From Klebsiella phage Miami, in sequence record MT701590.1: 64,000 nt of DNA. The stretch is one strand, 5' to 3'. Both the position numbers and the translations under genes were made by a program. Each line of letters starts with the position of its first letter. Position 1 is the stretch's first letter. Below the pieces are notes generated by a model. It saw nothing but the letters and a program-made list of their open reading frames with translations. It did not search any database and was not told the origin of the DNA. Positions 20,989 through 32,400 of this stretch are shown one piece after another.

Positions 20989-21030
20989 GCCGTGTCTCCT
21001 GATTGGTGGGGCTTTCGCCCCACCGTATGG

Positions 21031-24000
21031 TTATTTGCTCGTATACCCCATCCTAGGATCTGGAGCTTTCTGGTTCTGGATTTCTTTAAGCAATTGAGCG
21101 AGTAAATCGTTAGTTCTTCCTTGGGCTTGAACTTGAGCCGTTGCGACCGGATCGGGTTGCTGAACCGGTTTAGCCAACGGAGTTGGCGGCGCAGAAGTAC
21201 TTTGCTCGGTCGGGACCTTAACACGATTAAGTGGGTTAGCCGGATCGGATTTGTACGCGACCGATCCCTCACTCACCGGGGTAGAAGGCACAGCTCCGAT
21301 AGGTTTAGGTCCTTGATTAACCGACGGAGTAGTAATCGCTGAAACTGCCGCGACACTGTTAGCTGTTCCTACGTTTTCCGATTTCATCGTAGGCGGTTTG
21401 GCGTCAGGGCTGACAGAGGAAACCGAACTCGGAGGAGTTTCCCCAGAAGAGGAAGGCGTCGCTCCAGCATTAGGATCCACCGTCAACTCATTGGAAGTCA
21501 AACGTTTCATATACTGCTGATAAAGTCTTGTCCTCGCCGGCATATCAGGCAAGCCGTTGGGGTTAAGTCCTTGAGCTGCATATTCAAACGAGTTGTTCTT
21601 CACAATGGACTGAAGTCGTTTACCGTTACTGCCGTTGGAGAGATACCAGATCAAGGTTTTCGCCATGACTTCTGGATCAGTGGAAACCAACTCTGGATTC
21701 TTAACAAGGTCTTTCCCCACATACTGAGAGGCAGCTCTGAAGTTATCCTTACCCGTAAGCTGAATGAACCCACGGCCTCTGTAAAGCCATCCGTCGTTAG
21801 GACCACTGTTACCCATCCTACCACCATAAACCGCGTTAGCGATGGCCTGAGGGCCCCCAGCTACGATCTGCTGAGCCTGCGCCATGGACTTCACTCTACC
21901 TGGGAAAATTTCCAACAACCGACCTGGCTTGTAGTTCATGCCTTCCGCGGTATTTTTAAATCCTCCGCTTTCAAAGTTAGCCAGAGCCAACATTTCAGCA
22001 ATAAGACGAGGATCCGTGAAGCCGGCCTTAATCATCTCCTTCATGATTAATTGCTCTGCGGCTTTCTGGGGAACGCTAACACCTTTGTCTCCACCTCCCG
22101 ACCCGCCTACCGGAGTGACACCAGAAAGATCAACTGTCGACGTATCGGTATTACCCGTAATAGGTTTATAGTTGATAACTGGCTGACCACCCGCGATGAC
22201 GTTATCACTCGTTGCAGCAGTCGCAACAGCCTGATTTAATCCACCCTCACCCATTGAGTGAGCCGAAGTATACGGAACGACTTCTTTAGCTCCAGAAGCT
22301 TTAACTTCTTTGTCACCAAAATTCAATTTCGCATTCTTCGCGGCGGTATCGAGGTTATTAACGATTGCTTTAACCTGAGGTGTGATCGACCCAGAAGTCG
22401 TATTAGTGAATGGCGACCATTTAACCTCCCAAACGGAAGTCGGGGTTTTACCGATATTCACTTTGAGCCCTAAAAGCTCTTTTGCGAAATCAAAAGCGTT
22501 AGTGGCAGTCATGGACTTCCAACCCGCGCTTGGTTTCACCCCCCTCATGATCCTCACGTATTTCACCCACGCCATGCAGACTGGGAGGAAACGATCCCTG
22601 AACCACGTACACCATTGGTTAGCTTGGTCGTCAGTTATTCTGAATGAGTTCTTAAAGAGGTTATACACCGCACCTGTGGTAGAAGTAAATCTTGCATCGT
22701 TACCGATTACGCTGATGTAATCCTCGCAATACCGTTCTAACTTCAACACAGCTTCAACACGCCATGGGATGTGTTCCGTATCACCGTAGGCTGCTAATCT
22801 TAATGCGGTTATCCCGGCCAGAGGTTTATCGCCTCCTGGTAAAAGATCGGTGATGTTGATTTCCATGACCGATTTTGTTACCGGATAACGTTTATTGATC
22901 TCTTCAATATCAGAACGATCCTCGTACGTCCCACCCATTCTCATTTTAAGACTAGACCACCAACCTGCCTTCTCAGATTTTTCAACCTGTTCGGCGGAGG
23001 TCTTCATGGTCACGACGCCTTCTTTCTCTATCCCCTCAGCTGTTCTTCCGTGTCTTTCGTTAAAGCTTTTCAGTTCGTCCAAATACAACCTAACCTGATT
23101 AATGGTTTGGTCTTTACCCATTATAGGCGTGGCTTCATCGAACTGAGCGGCTATCTGATAAGGATAAGGATTGATGGTACCGATCCTGTCGTTGATGGTG
23201 GAGACAGTAGAGTACAATTTAGCGTCGGTCGATTTATCGAACGTCTCAAAATCCCTGTACCCCGCGGTATCGATCGCAGAAGCGTAAGTCAGGAAAATAG
23301 GTTTGAAACGAAGATTAAACCAAGTGAAGTAAGCCTGCTGCTGGCCCTTGTCATTGGCTTGAGGTATGAAGCTTTGGAATATCTGTTCGAGAGGGGCTGA
23401 TTTAGCTATTGAAGCCACCCCAGCGGTTACGACGACATATTCGCGTAAAGCTTCTTCAGCAGATCTGATCTTAGCGGCTAAATCTGACTCGACGTCCTTG
23501 ATACCATATTGAGCCATACGAAGTTTGAACTGCGACCCTTTGCCTTTGGCGTAATACTTATAGATCAAATACCCGGCACCTGCAACTGCCCCAATCCCCA
23601 ACGTTACTGGATTAAATAACAGAGGAGCGACGGCAGTAGCCAAAGCACCTGTGCCCGATACAATAGCTGACCCGGCAGCACTCGCACCAGAAGCAATAGC
23701 TGATCCGATCCCGAGGTTAATCCCCATAGCCGACATGGCGCTAGAACCCAAAGATACCGCCGAAGCCGCAGTAAGCGTGTTGCTCGCTACATCCTTCCAG
23801 TTAGTCCCTTCGTGCTCTTCATTGGTGGCGTCGAGGTACATTCCTAATCCAGCGGTAGCCAAACCAGCTAAGCCGAATTTAAATGCCCTTCCTCTACCTA
23901 CCCTACCGCCTCTGGTTCTTCTTCCTCTACGTCTCCCTGAAGCCCCTCCTGCGGCATCAACGATATCGTCAACACCATCGGATGCCCTACGACCCAGCAG

Positions 24001-27000
24001 ACCAACAGTAAGGATCTTAGCTAACGACGTTAACCCACCTACAATAGCGGGCAGAGTAGTAATACCGAGAGTTAAGAATTTGGAGAGTTTAGCGCCAAGT
24101 CCGACGACTCCGCCCAAAATTGTTCCCATGGGGTTCTTAACAAGACCCAGAAGTCCATTAAGGAATCCGCCTTCTTTCTTCTCCCCATCTCGAGAACCAG
24201 AACCTCTCTCTCCCTCTCCATGACCGGCAAGATCGATAATAGCGTCTTGATACCGTGATTCACGTTCAGCTTTCGCTTTACGTTCCTTATCTTCTAAGGA
24301 GTTTAGGCGGACATCATCCGTGTTTCCCATTCGGCTTGTTTCATTAACAATATCAGCCTTGATATCCGGCATGTCGTTAATGTCATAACCAAACTTACGG
24401 CAAAGCAGAGCGTAAATACGATCGACCGAATTGGTAATAGGCGTATAGTCCGCGGTTACAAGATCATTGATCTTATCTCCAGCTCGCTTACCGTAACCTT
24501 TAGCTCGATCACCCAGTTTCCTACCCAGGTCAAGAAGTTTACCACCCATTACTCCCGTCATACGTTTGAGGGATTCTATTTTCATCCCCCCAGATGTAAT
24601 GAGCCCATCCTCGTATTCGGCTTGGGTAATAATGACGTCGCCGTTCTCATCATACACCGGTCCGTCGATATCTCTCCAACCCTTTACAGGAACAACGCTA
24701 CCATTCAAACGTTTGAAGTATTTACCGTTCTCAAAACCCTTCCTTGTCAGAACAGGGGAATCCTCTCCGACTCGATAAACATCCATTTGGGTTATTCGAT
24801 TGGCGATACCCTGACCCATCCCTTTCAATCGGTTAAGAGGATCTAACCAGTTAAAGAGTTTTAATCCGGCTGATTTCACCGCGTTTAAGCCACGAAGCAC
24901 GACGGCCTTGCCTTCGGCACTGAACAGTTTACCCGAAAGACGTTTAGCGGAGATCACGACCTTGGTTCCGAGATCAACGATCGATCCTTTGATCTCTTTC
25001 CAGCTGGTGATAATTTTCTTTAACACTTTGTCGTAATACTGACGGGCTCTGAGTTTACGCGCTTCGAGTATCGGATCTTCACTCTCCCCATCGTAAATGT
25101 CTTCATCGTCACTGACGTCTCTGGCGTCCGCCATACTACGAACTTTGGTATATAACGCCCAGGCTGCAGCACCGCCACCGATCAACGCCGCTGTTTTAGG
25201 ATCGTGAATCGCCAATCCCGCTAACCCACCTAACATCCCACCCAGCATCAGTGGTTCGTGAGCCAGCAGTTTATCCATGCCAGCACTGAAAATATCCTTA
25301 ATCCCACCAAGACTTTTAATGCGGTCGAGGATGGTTTTCTTCTGTGCGGTATCAGCGGCATCTTCAGCATCAGTTTTGGGCTTATTCACCTCGGCTGGCT
25401 GACGAGAAAGGATTTGTTTCAGGACTTCCAATTGTTCCTGATTAATATCCCTTATTCCCATTACAGAATCCGTTAAAGATTTAACTTGCTCTGGGCTTAA
25501 TGCATTTCCGTCTTGTCTACCAGGAATCCCGAGTTTAAGCTGCTCGGTGAGTTCCGATAGCGCGGTAACTAATTTACCGGAATCCTTCCCGGACAACCCG
25601 CGACGGTTATTGATAATGGTTTTCGAATTACCCCCACCCATTCCACCACGAGTAGGGAGAGGACCTACGTCATCCTCTTCGATAAGGCCTTCGTTACCAT
25701 TAAGCTCTGATTTTAATCGATCCCATATCGCATCGGTGTTAAAGAAATCTGACCCGTTTTCACTATTAATCAAATTCATTTCTCTTAATAGTGGATCGTA
25801 ACCAGCGTTTCGTAACAAATCGATTTGCTGAGAAATATTAGGGAGATAACCTTTGAGGTTTTTGGCTCGCAGACTAAGATCGGCCGCCAAACGTTTACTT
25901 TTAGCGGTCGGCATGTTCAACTGAGCTTTAATACCAGCCAGCCCAGATTTTTTAGCCGCTTCAATATGCTGGTCGGTTAGTCTGAACGACCCCCGCATCA
26001 CTTGTTCAATTTCTTTACGAATCGATGGGGTTAGACCGTCTTCGTCTTCCATCCCGAAATAGTTGAACGGGTTAAACCCTTTATCTTGGTCGACGTCTCT
26101 CGCCAAACGATAAGATAAGAAACGTTTAGCCTCTGGTGACAACGTTCCATTTTTGTCAATCGCAGAAACCATGTCGGACGTACCTGAGGCCAGTCCGCTA
26201 AATTCTCTACCGTTCAACAGATTACGTTTAACGGCATTTTGAGTTTGTTTATGACTTAAGAACTTCCCGCTACGGTAATCGAAACGTTCTTCTTTCAGGT
26301 TATCGTTACCCGTACGAATTTTTTCCAGGCTCAGATGAAGCTTAGCGAACCACCCAGGAATGATTTCATTTAACGTACGATCGGATTGACTGCTCCAGTA
26401 GCTGGGCTGAGTCAAATCCATCAAGTTACGTTTCTTGAGTTCGTACTGTTTACCACGGGAATCGTTGATATTAAAAGAAAGATCGTTTAATCTATTTCCC
26501 AGGAAATTTTTACCTGTTTGTTTTAAACGCCACGCTCTTTCACTTAACCGTTTTTCACCGGGAGCAAGTGAGTCAAGGTAATCGTCGTAGGTGGAAAAGT
26601 CTTCTTCGTAGTTAGCGTTATTGCGGAGAATGGTTCCTGCTAAACCAGCCGCGTTAGTTCCGGCGTATGACAGAACACTACCCAACTGTTCCAACTTGCG
26701 GTATTGCCGGCGGATGTTTTTGGCTTCTTTTGGATAGAGGGTCGCAAGTTTATTAATAAGCTTAGCGCCCTGCCCAGATTTAAAGAAAGCCGGTCCTCTC
26801 TCAATGACCTCGTTAGCTAGCATCTGCCCGATAATGGTTCCCATATTGAGACCCATTCCTTCGGACATCTCCATCCCCATTCTACCAGCGCCAACCATTC
26901 CGCTTAAACTAGAAAGCATCCCCTCTCTGGCTTCTTTACCGAACGTCTCGGACAGATAACCCATCACCCCACCGGACCTACGTCCAATTGTGGAGAAGAT

Positions 27001-27837
27001 AGAATCGCGTAATCTGCCTTTAGCCGCCATGGCCAGGGAAGTTTTCTCGTAATCGCTCTTACCTGAATTAAGAGTGATCTTTTTAAGCTCGTCAATCTGA
27101 CGATGCATCGAGGCTTCCATGAACTTGTAGTATTTAGCGTTGGTTAAATGCATCCGAGCCAATAAGTTGATTTTAACCGCATCGTTCTTAGCCTGGATTT
27201 TATTCTGGTAACGCAAAATGCCTTGAAGGGTGGTTGAGATTCCGCCTAACAGCGAATTGGTTGCTTGTTGCTGAGCTAATTGACGACCGCCAACTACCGC
27301 GGTCATGTTGTTGATAGCCCGCCCAATACCCACCATCGTTCCTGTCTGCTGGGCCGTAACTCCGCTTATAAAACCGGCTAAGCCATCTTCATCGACTTCT
27401 CCCATACTTGGATCAGAAGGTGTGTATCCTCCTTGATCCCAATGGCTAAAGTCCTTATTACTGAAGGTCTCCAACCCCTGGGCAATTTTATTAGGAACCT
27501 TGTCGCCGTGGCGGTCTAAGGTCATCTGAGCAATTGCCTGGAGATCTTCCACCATATCTTTTGATCCGGCTTTGACCTCACTTAGGATCTCCTGCTTCTT
27601 CCAATCAAACTCTCTTTTTAAATCAAAGACAGTCCCAAATGATTTTGGGAGGAGCATTTTAGCCGTTCTCAACCTACCTTCTGAACTTCCTATCGTACCG
27701 CTGTGGAGCTCACTGAGAAAACCACTCCCCATGCTCGCAAAGAAACCTTTTTTAGGTGCGTTATCGAAGTCGAAGTCGAAATCTATATCGCCGGCGAACG
27801 GGTCGTCTCCCCAATCGTCGAAATCATCTTTAGCCAT
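21031..27837 (-). CDS. giant virion protein (2268 aa) with a C-terminal lytic transglycosylase domain, phiKZ gp181-like
   Basis: Uninterrupted 6.8-kb ORF with an acidic DFDFDFD N-terminus and long Gly/Ala-rich segments. SLT motif ...ALANFESGGF...GWLYRGRGFIQLTG... lies about 230 aa from the C-terminus, matching the phiKZ gp181 (2237 aa) architecture. Confidence 0.85.
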   Translation of the reverse strand: MAKDDFDDWGDDPFAGDIDFDFDFDNAPKKGFFASMGSGFLSELHSGTIGSSEGRLRTAKMLLPKSFGTVFDLKREFDWKKQEILSEVKAGSKDMVEDLQAIAQMTLDRHGDKVPNKIAQGLETFSNKDFSHWDQGGYTPSDPSMGEVDEDGLAGFISGVTAQQTGTMVGIGRAINNMTAVVGGRQLAQQQATNSLLGGISTTLQGILRYQNKIQAKNDAVKINLLARMHLTNAKYYKFMEASMHRQIDELKKITLNSGKSDYEKTSLAMAAKGRLRDSIFSTIGRRSGGVMGYLSETFGKEAREGMLSSLSGMVGAGRMGMEMSEGMGLNMGTIIGQMLANEVIERGPAFFKSGQGAKLINKLATLYPKEAKNIRRQYRKLEQLGSVLSYAGTNAAGLAGTILRNNANYEEDFSTYDDYLDSLAPGEKRLSERAWRLKQTGKNFLGNRLNDLSFNINDSRGKQYELKKRNLMDLTQPSYWSSQSDRTLNEIIPGWFAKLHLSLEKIRTGNDNLKEERFDYRSGKFLSHKQTQNAVKRNLLNGREFSGLASGTSDMVSAIDKNGTLSPEAKRFLSYRLARDVDQDKGFNPFNYFGMEDEDGLTPSIRKEIEQVMRGSFRLTDQHIEAAKKSGLAGIKAQLNMPTAKSKRLAADLSLRAKNLKGYLPNISQQIDLLRNAGYDPLLREMNLINSENGSDFFNTDAIWDRLKSELNGNEGLIEEDDVGPLPTRGGMGGGNSKTIINNRRGLSGKDSGKLVTALSELTEQLKLGIPGRQDGNALSPEQVKSLTDSVMGIRDINQEQLEVLKQILSRQPAEVNKPKTDAEDAADTAQKKTILDRIKSLGGIKDIFSAGMDKLLAHEPLMLGGMLGGLAGLAIHDPKTAALIGGGAAAWALYTKVRSMADARDVSDDEDIYDGESEDPILEARKLRARQYYDKVLKKIITSWKEIKGSIVDLGTKVVISAKRLSGKLFSAEGKAVVLRGLNAVKSAGLKLFNWLDPLNRLKGMGQGIANRITQMDVYRVGEDSPVLTRKGFENGKYFKRLNGSVVPVKGWRDIDGPVYDENGDVIITQAEYEDGLITSGGMKIESLKRMTGVMGGKLLDLGRKLGDRAKGYGKRAGDKINDLVTADYTPITNSVDRIYALLCRKFGYDINDMPDIKADIVNETSRMGNTDDVRLNSLEDKERKAKAERESRYQDAIIDLAGHGEGERGSGSRDGEKKEGGFLNGLLGLVKNPMGTILGGVVGLGAKLSKFLTLGITTLPAIVGGLTSLAKILTVGLLGRRASDGVDDIVDAAGGASGRRRGRRTRGGRVGRGRAFKFGLAGLATAGLGMYLDATNEEHEGTNWKDVASNTLTAASAVSLGSSAMSAMGINLGIGSAIASGASAAGSAIVSGTGALATAVAPLLFNPVTLGIGAVAGAGYLIYKYYAKGKGSQFKLRMAQYGIKDVESDLAAKIRSAEEALREYVVVTAGVASIAKSAPLEQIFQSFIPQANDKGQQQAYFTWFNLRFKPIFLTYASAIDTAGYRDFETFDKSTDAKLYSTVSTINDRIGTINPYPYQIAAQFDEATPIMGKDQTINQVRLYLDELKSFNERHGRTAEGIEKEGVVTMKTSAEQVEKSEKAGWWSSLKMRMGGTYEDRSDIEEINKRYPVTKSVMEINITDLLPGGDKPLAGITALRLAAYGDTEHIPWRVEAVLKLERYCEDYISVIGNDARFTSTTGAVYNLFKNSFRITDDQANQWCTWFRDRFLPVCMAWVKYVRIMRGVKPSAGWKSMTATNAFDFAKELLGLKVNIGKTPTSVWEVKWSPFTNTTSGSITPQVKAIVNNLDTAAKNAKLNFGDKEVKASGAKEVVPYTSAHSMGEGGLNQAVATAATSDNVIAGGQPVINYKPITGNTDTSTVDLSGVTPVGGSGGGDKGVSVPQKAAEQLIMKEMIKAGFTDPRLIAEMLALANFESGGFKNTAEGMNYKPGRLLEIFPGRVKSMAQAQQIVAGGPQAIANAVYGGRMGNSGPNDGWLYRGRGFIQLTGKDNFRAASQYVGKDLVKNPELVSTDPEVMAKTLIWYLSNGSNGKRLQSIVKNNSFEYAAQGLNPNGLPDMPARTRLYQQYMKRLTSNELTVDPNAGATPSSSGETPPSSVSSVSPDAKPPTMKSENVGTANSVAAVSAITTPSVNQGPKPIGAVPSTPVSEGSVAYKSDPANPLNRVKVPTEQSTSAPPTPLAKPVQQPDPVATAQVQAQGRTNDLLAQLLKEIQNQKAPDPRMGYTSK

Positions 27838-27857
27838 TTTAACCTCGTGGTGCGAAT

Positions 27858-29471
27858 ATGCAACCTACTAATATTACGTTATTGAACCCAAACAAAGTGG
27901 CTTGGGCTCTCATGAAAGCCGTGACGTCAACAGACGTCCATGAGGGGATGACCAACAACCTTCATGAAGATGGTTTATACTCTCCAACAATCTTCGGTCG
28001 TGTCGGTACCGACCAACGAGATAAAACTCAATCTTACATCAATGTTAAGATTCCTGTCTTCAACCCGACTTATTTTAAGGCTTTGATTGGGTTAAAGGGT
28101 TTGTATCTCGGAATAATCAAAGGGACGGAATACGCCCTTTGGGACGCATCAGAACGCGACTTCATAAAATCAAACCTCCTGGAAGGAGAAACCGGCTACG
28201 GTTTCTTTATGCGTCACTTTTACGACTTAGAACCTAAGTTAAACGAAAGTTATAAACGCAAACAGCGCGTAGAACTCTTTAATAAATTTAAAGACATCGC
28301 GTTGACTAAAAACATCATTGTGCTGCCGGCTGGTATTCGTGATATCCAGGTTGAACCCAACGGCCAGATCGTGGAACCTGAAATAAATGATTTCTATCGT
28401 AAACTGATCTTCCGTAGTCGCAGCGTGGTTATCCAGGAAGGTGAAGAAGATAACCCGATTTACGATAACATCCGTTGGGCGATTCAAAGCGTGTTCAACG
28501 ATATCGACGATTATATCTTCCGGCTGATGGAAGGTAAGCGTGGATTCTTACAGCGCCGAGTCTCAACTCGTGGTGTTGTTGGGGGTACTCGTAACGTTAT
28601 TACCGCTCGTAAAGTTTCTGTTGCTGATGCGGATGATGATAATGGGGTTGACGTTAACACCACAGATATCGGGATGTATCAAGCGCTGTTGGGTTTCCAA
28701 TACGTTGCACGATATGCGTTACTTAAAGGTTTCTTAAGCCGCGTGTTTACGGTAGGGTCAAGTACGGCTAAACTCGTCGACCCCAGAACCTTCGAATATC
28801 AATACGTTGAAGTTGAGAGCAACATTGTTGACAAATGGTTGTCGGCCGATGGACTCACCGCTCTGTTCAACGGATTCGGAACGAGGCACTTGCGTCATAA
28901 ACCGATCAAAATTAATGGCTATTACATGGGCCTGACCTATGATGACGGTAAATATGTCAAGTTACTCGGTGACGTAACCGAACTTCCTCCTGGGTTTGAT
29001 AAGAAGTTCTGCAAACCATTGACTTACATGGAACTCTTCTATTTAAGTTGTGTCGAAGAAATAGAAAAGAGAATGCTTCAGGTTACCCGCTATCCGATCA
29101 CCGGGATGGGTTCTATCTATCCCAGCCTCATCAAAATCAAAACGACAACTAACGCCGAAAAAAGAATCATCTTAGATGATTACTGGGAAGAAGGTTATCG
29201 TTGCACATACTACCCAGTCCGAGAAACTAAACCGGATTATTTCGACGCCATGAGTGTCGATGGCAGTCGGTTAGGTTTATTGGGTGGGGACTTCGATGGC
29301 GACCAACTTAACAGTAACTCCATCAACGGAGAGGATGCTATTGCTGAAGCTAAAGCTTTAATGGGCAGACGCGATTACTATATCACCGGCACGGGGCAGT
29401 TCCTTTACAGTCCAACGGTGGAACCTCACGAATTCTTATTCCGAAATCTCAGTAACGGACTCAACCTATGA
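27858..29471 (+). CDS. virion RNA polymerase, beta-prime subunit N-terminal fragment (split multisubunit RNAP)
   Basis: 537-aa ORF with LGGDFDGDQLN (the beta-prime Mg-binding NADFDGD motif) near its C-terminal end, as in the phiKZ beta-prime N-terminal fragment gp180. It sits next to the gp181-like giant gene as in phiKZ. Confidence 0.6.
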   Translation: MQPTNITLLNPNKVAWALMKAVTSTDVHEGMTNNLHEDGLYSPTIFGRVGTDQRDKTQSYINVKIPVFNPTYFKALIGLKGLYLGIIKGTEYALWDASERDFIKSNLLEGETGYGFFMRHFYDLEPKLNESYKRKQRVELFNKFKDIALTKNIIVLPAGIRDIQVEPNGQIVEPEINDFYRKLIFRSRSVVIQEGEEDNPIYDNIRWAIQSVFNDIDDYIFRLMEGKRGFLQRRVSTRGVVGGTRNVITARKVSVADADDDNGVDVNTTDIGMYQALLGFQYVARYALLKGFLSRVFTVGSSTAKLVDPRTFEYQYVEVESNIVDKWLSADGLTALFNGFGTRHLRHKPIKINGYYMGLTYDDGKYVKLLGDVTELPPGFDKKFCKPLTYMELFYLSCVEEIEKRMLQVTRYPITGMGSIYPSLIKIKTTTNAEKRIILDDYWEEGYRCTYYPVRETKPDYFDAMSVDGSRLGLLGGDFDGDQLNSNSINGEDAIAEAKALMGRRDYYITGTGQFLYSPTVEPHEFLFRNLSNGLNL

Positions 29472-32400
29472 GCGTATTATACCAACAGTTCTTCCGCAAT
29501 TTTGTTCTTAGGAAAAAACAAGAAATTACAAATCCTAAGTTTCACCATCTGACGGATATGGTGTTGCCGAGAGAATCGGTAATGATGTATCTACCGAAGA
29601 CGCAAGAAGATATCGGCCCGAGTACCGAGGAGCCCTTAATAGGGACTTACCCTGATGGGGTTAACATTTATTTCAACAGTCTTTATATAACCCCCATCGG
29701 AAGAACTCGACCCGTTCCCTTTAACGAAAAGCAATCTATACAGCTTTATCGTAAAAGCCATTTCAAATACAACTGGGCGAGGACGTTGTCCAACTACCTG
29801 AGTCGTCGTCAGGAACTGTTGGTAAACAACATAGCGATGGGACCTCATCGTCACCGTTATGTCTTTACTCGCTTTGTTCAGTTCGAACGAGCTTACAACC
29901 AACTGGCTTCTGGGATTGAAGCGGTTAAACAAATGAGTAAGGAAACGACCCGCCATCAATACTGGCGAATAGAACTTCCTCCAGCCATCCCCGATTATCG
30001 TCAGCTACTGGTAGCAGTCGATCATTATAAGAAGGCGTTCAAAGACGGCGTTTATACCACGACTGACAATCAGGCGGTACTCCCGTTTAAGGGTTACGGT
30101 TCTTATTGGATCATGGACTGGTATCTCTTCTTGATAGGCGAAAAGAACTACAGTCTGTTTAATCGCTTAGATAAAGAAGAAATGGATAAACTCCACATCA
30201 TCTTTAGTCATAATGGACTCAGCTGGGTAGTTAACCTTGGTATCGTCTCTCAATGGATGGAAGAACTTAACGACAAGCACGGCAATCCCACCAGTATGCG
30301 TGTTAACGCGGCTAAACGGTTCCTGCTTGGATTTAGGGCTCTGATAGCGGGCGGCACGCTAAGTGAAACCATAGAGGAGAAACCTCATGCCGCAGAGAAT
30401 GTCGGATTGGGTACTGGAACGCCAGAAGAGGAAAGAAGAAGCCAGGAAGTTAATAAGGAATCAGAAGAAGAACCGCTGGATCTCGATGAGTCTGAAGAGA
30501 TTACTGATCAGTCTGTTACTATGCTTGATCTTTTCATGGGCAGCAAAAAGGCTGATACAGAATCTGATGATGACCAAGGAGGAGAGGATTCAGGAGGAGC
30601 TGATGAGAATCACGGAGAAGAGTGGGCTGCAGCGGTCGACGATGAATTACTTTATAACGCCGAAACAGAAGGACTAGGGGAAACCAAGAAAGTTATTTTC
30701 AGTACCCCGGAATCTGGCATCCTGAGAGCCTTAGAGCAAAGAGCCAAGGCCGGGACATTAACTGTTGCGGAACAACGTTATTACACTAATCTCGCGCAAT
30801 CATACAAAACAATCAAAATGCCTAACGGTGAAAGTCTTGAAAGTTTTGTTAAGATCGATCAGGCCAAACTCCGCCACCTTCCTGCTAAAATTGCTCCTGA
30901 GATGAGAGGGATCATCGACCCTTCTCAGCTACAAAGTAGAGCGACAAATCTTAAAACGAAATACTCTGAAGAATTCCTTAACCGGGATATCGCCGGGATG
31001 ATTCTTAACATTCAGAACGCCGGTATCGTTTTAACCGACCTGAAACGTGAACGTATCGTCAATGCGGAATCGGCTTACGACGTTTATACCATGAACGTTC
31101 ATCCTGTTGGCGGATCGCCTAAGACCGCAATGTTCCGTATCCCCAAAATTGACAAAGACGGAACCTTCACTGTCGATGGGGTAAAACAACATCTTCAACT
31201 TCAGCGTATGGAAATACCGATTCGTAAGATAAACTCGGAGCAGGTTGCTTTGACGAGTTATTATGACCGCAAGATCATGATGTCTCGTTCTACCAAGGTC
31301 GCCGACGATTACGGATTGTGGCTGAACAAGCAGCTTATTCTGTTGGGCGAAGCCGGTAAAGTATCCGGGGTGTTGGGCGATGTCTATAATCGTAGTTACG
31401 CTGTTCCTCGTACTTATTCTGCGTTAGCCAAACGGTATCGGTCATTAAAGGCGGGTGGGATTGAATTCAACTTCGATCTTTCTAGTCTTGTTGGATCAGA
31501 GAAAGAAATCAATAAGCTGATTTCTCCTAACTGGGTTCCGGTGGCTAAAGAAGGTGACGACTTCATCTTTATGGATGATGGCGGTAACCTTTATAAAGAT
31601 AAGACACACATTGGTTCTTTCGAAAGCCGCTGTGGAATTGACACGACGAAAGCCCCAGTCGATATCGTTACGGTGAATGTAAACGGATACGCCTTCCCTA
31701 TCGGGGTAGTGCTGGCTTACTACTTCGGATTCGACGAACTTCTTAAAGCACTCAATGCTGACTATCGGACCGTTCCGGCCGGTGAGAAAGTTCGGATGGG
31801 TCAGGACGAATACGCGATAACCTTTAACGATGAAACGCTCATTTTCAACAGACGGGATAGTTTAACCGCACTCATTATGGGTGGGTTCCGGAAGTTAGCG
31901 AATTTGAGTAACTTCTCTCGTTATGACCTAAACACGAAAGGTGTGTGGGTGCCGGCTATCGGGGATAAGAAAGTCAAACCGGGTCATTTTGATGAAATGC
32001 GTTTGATGTTCGAAATGTTCATCGATCCTATCACCAAATCTGAACTGGTTAAAAGGGGTTATCCGACCGAGCTTCATTATCTCATGATCGAAGGCGTCAA
32101 AATGCTGAACACCGATCGGACTGCTCACGAGATAGAATTAACTGAGCAACGTTTCGTTGGGTATGAACGTTTCGCCGGTCGGGTCTATAACGAAATTGTT
32201 AAGTCGACTCGTCAATTCAGGAATAAAGGTAATGACAAACGTTTCACCTTCGATATGAACCCTGAAGCGGTTATCATGAGTATCATCACCGATACAAGTG
32301 TAAACCTAGTCGAAGAGGTTAACCCCATCCACGAAATCAAAGAACAGGAAGTTGTTACCTTTGGTGGTACTGGTGGGCGAAGTGAAACGACAATGGTCAG

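Noticed and set aside
21571-25801. Multiple 60-190-aa plus-strand ORFs (e.g. 23651..24223, Pro/Ala-rich) nested inside the giant minus-strand gene
   Set aside because: They are antisense reading frames through a Gly/Ala-rich gene (PA- and PS-rich translations), with no SD, and are fully overlapped by a 6.8-kb uninterrupted ORF.
29636-29959. Minus-strand 107-aa ORF inside the 1418-aa gene, and similar antisense ORFs elsewhere (10155..10490, 10609..10974, 12575..12984)
   Set aside because: Fully embedded antisense to long, well-supported genes; no initiation signals.
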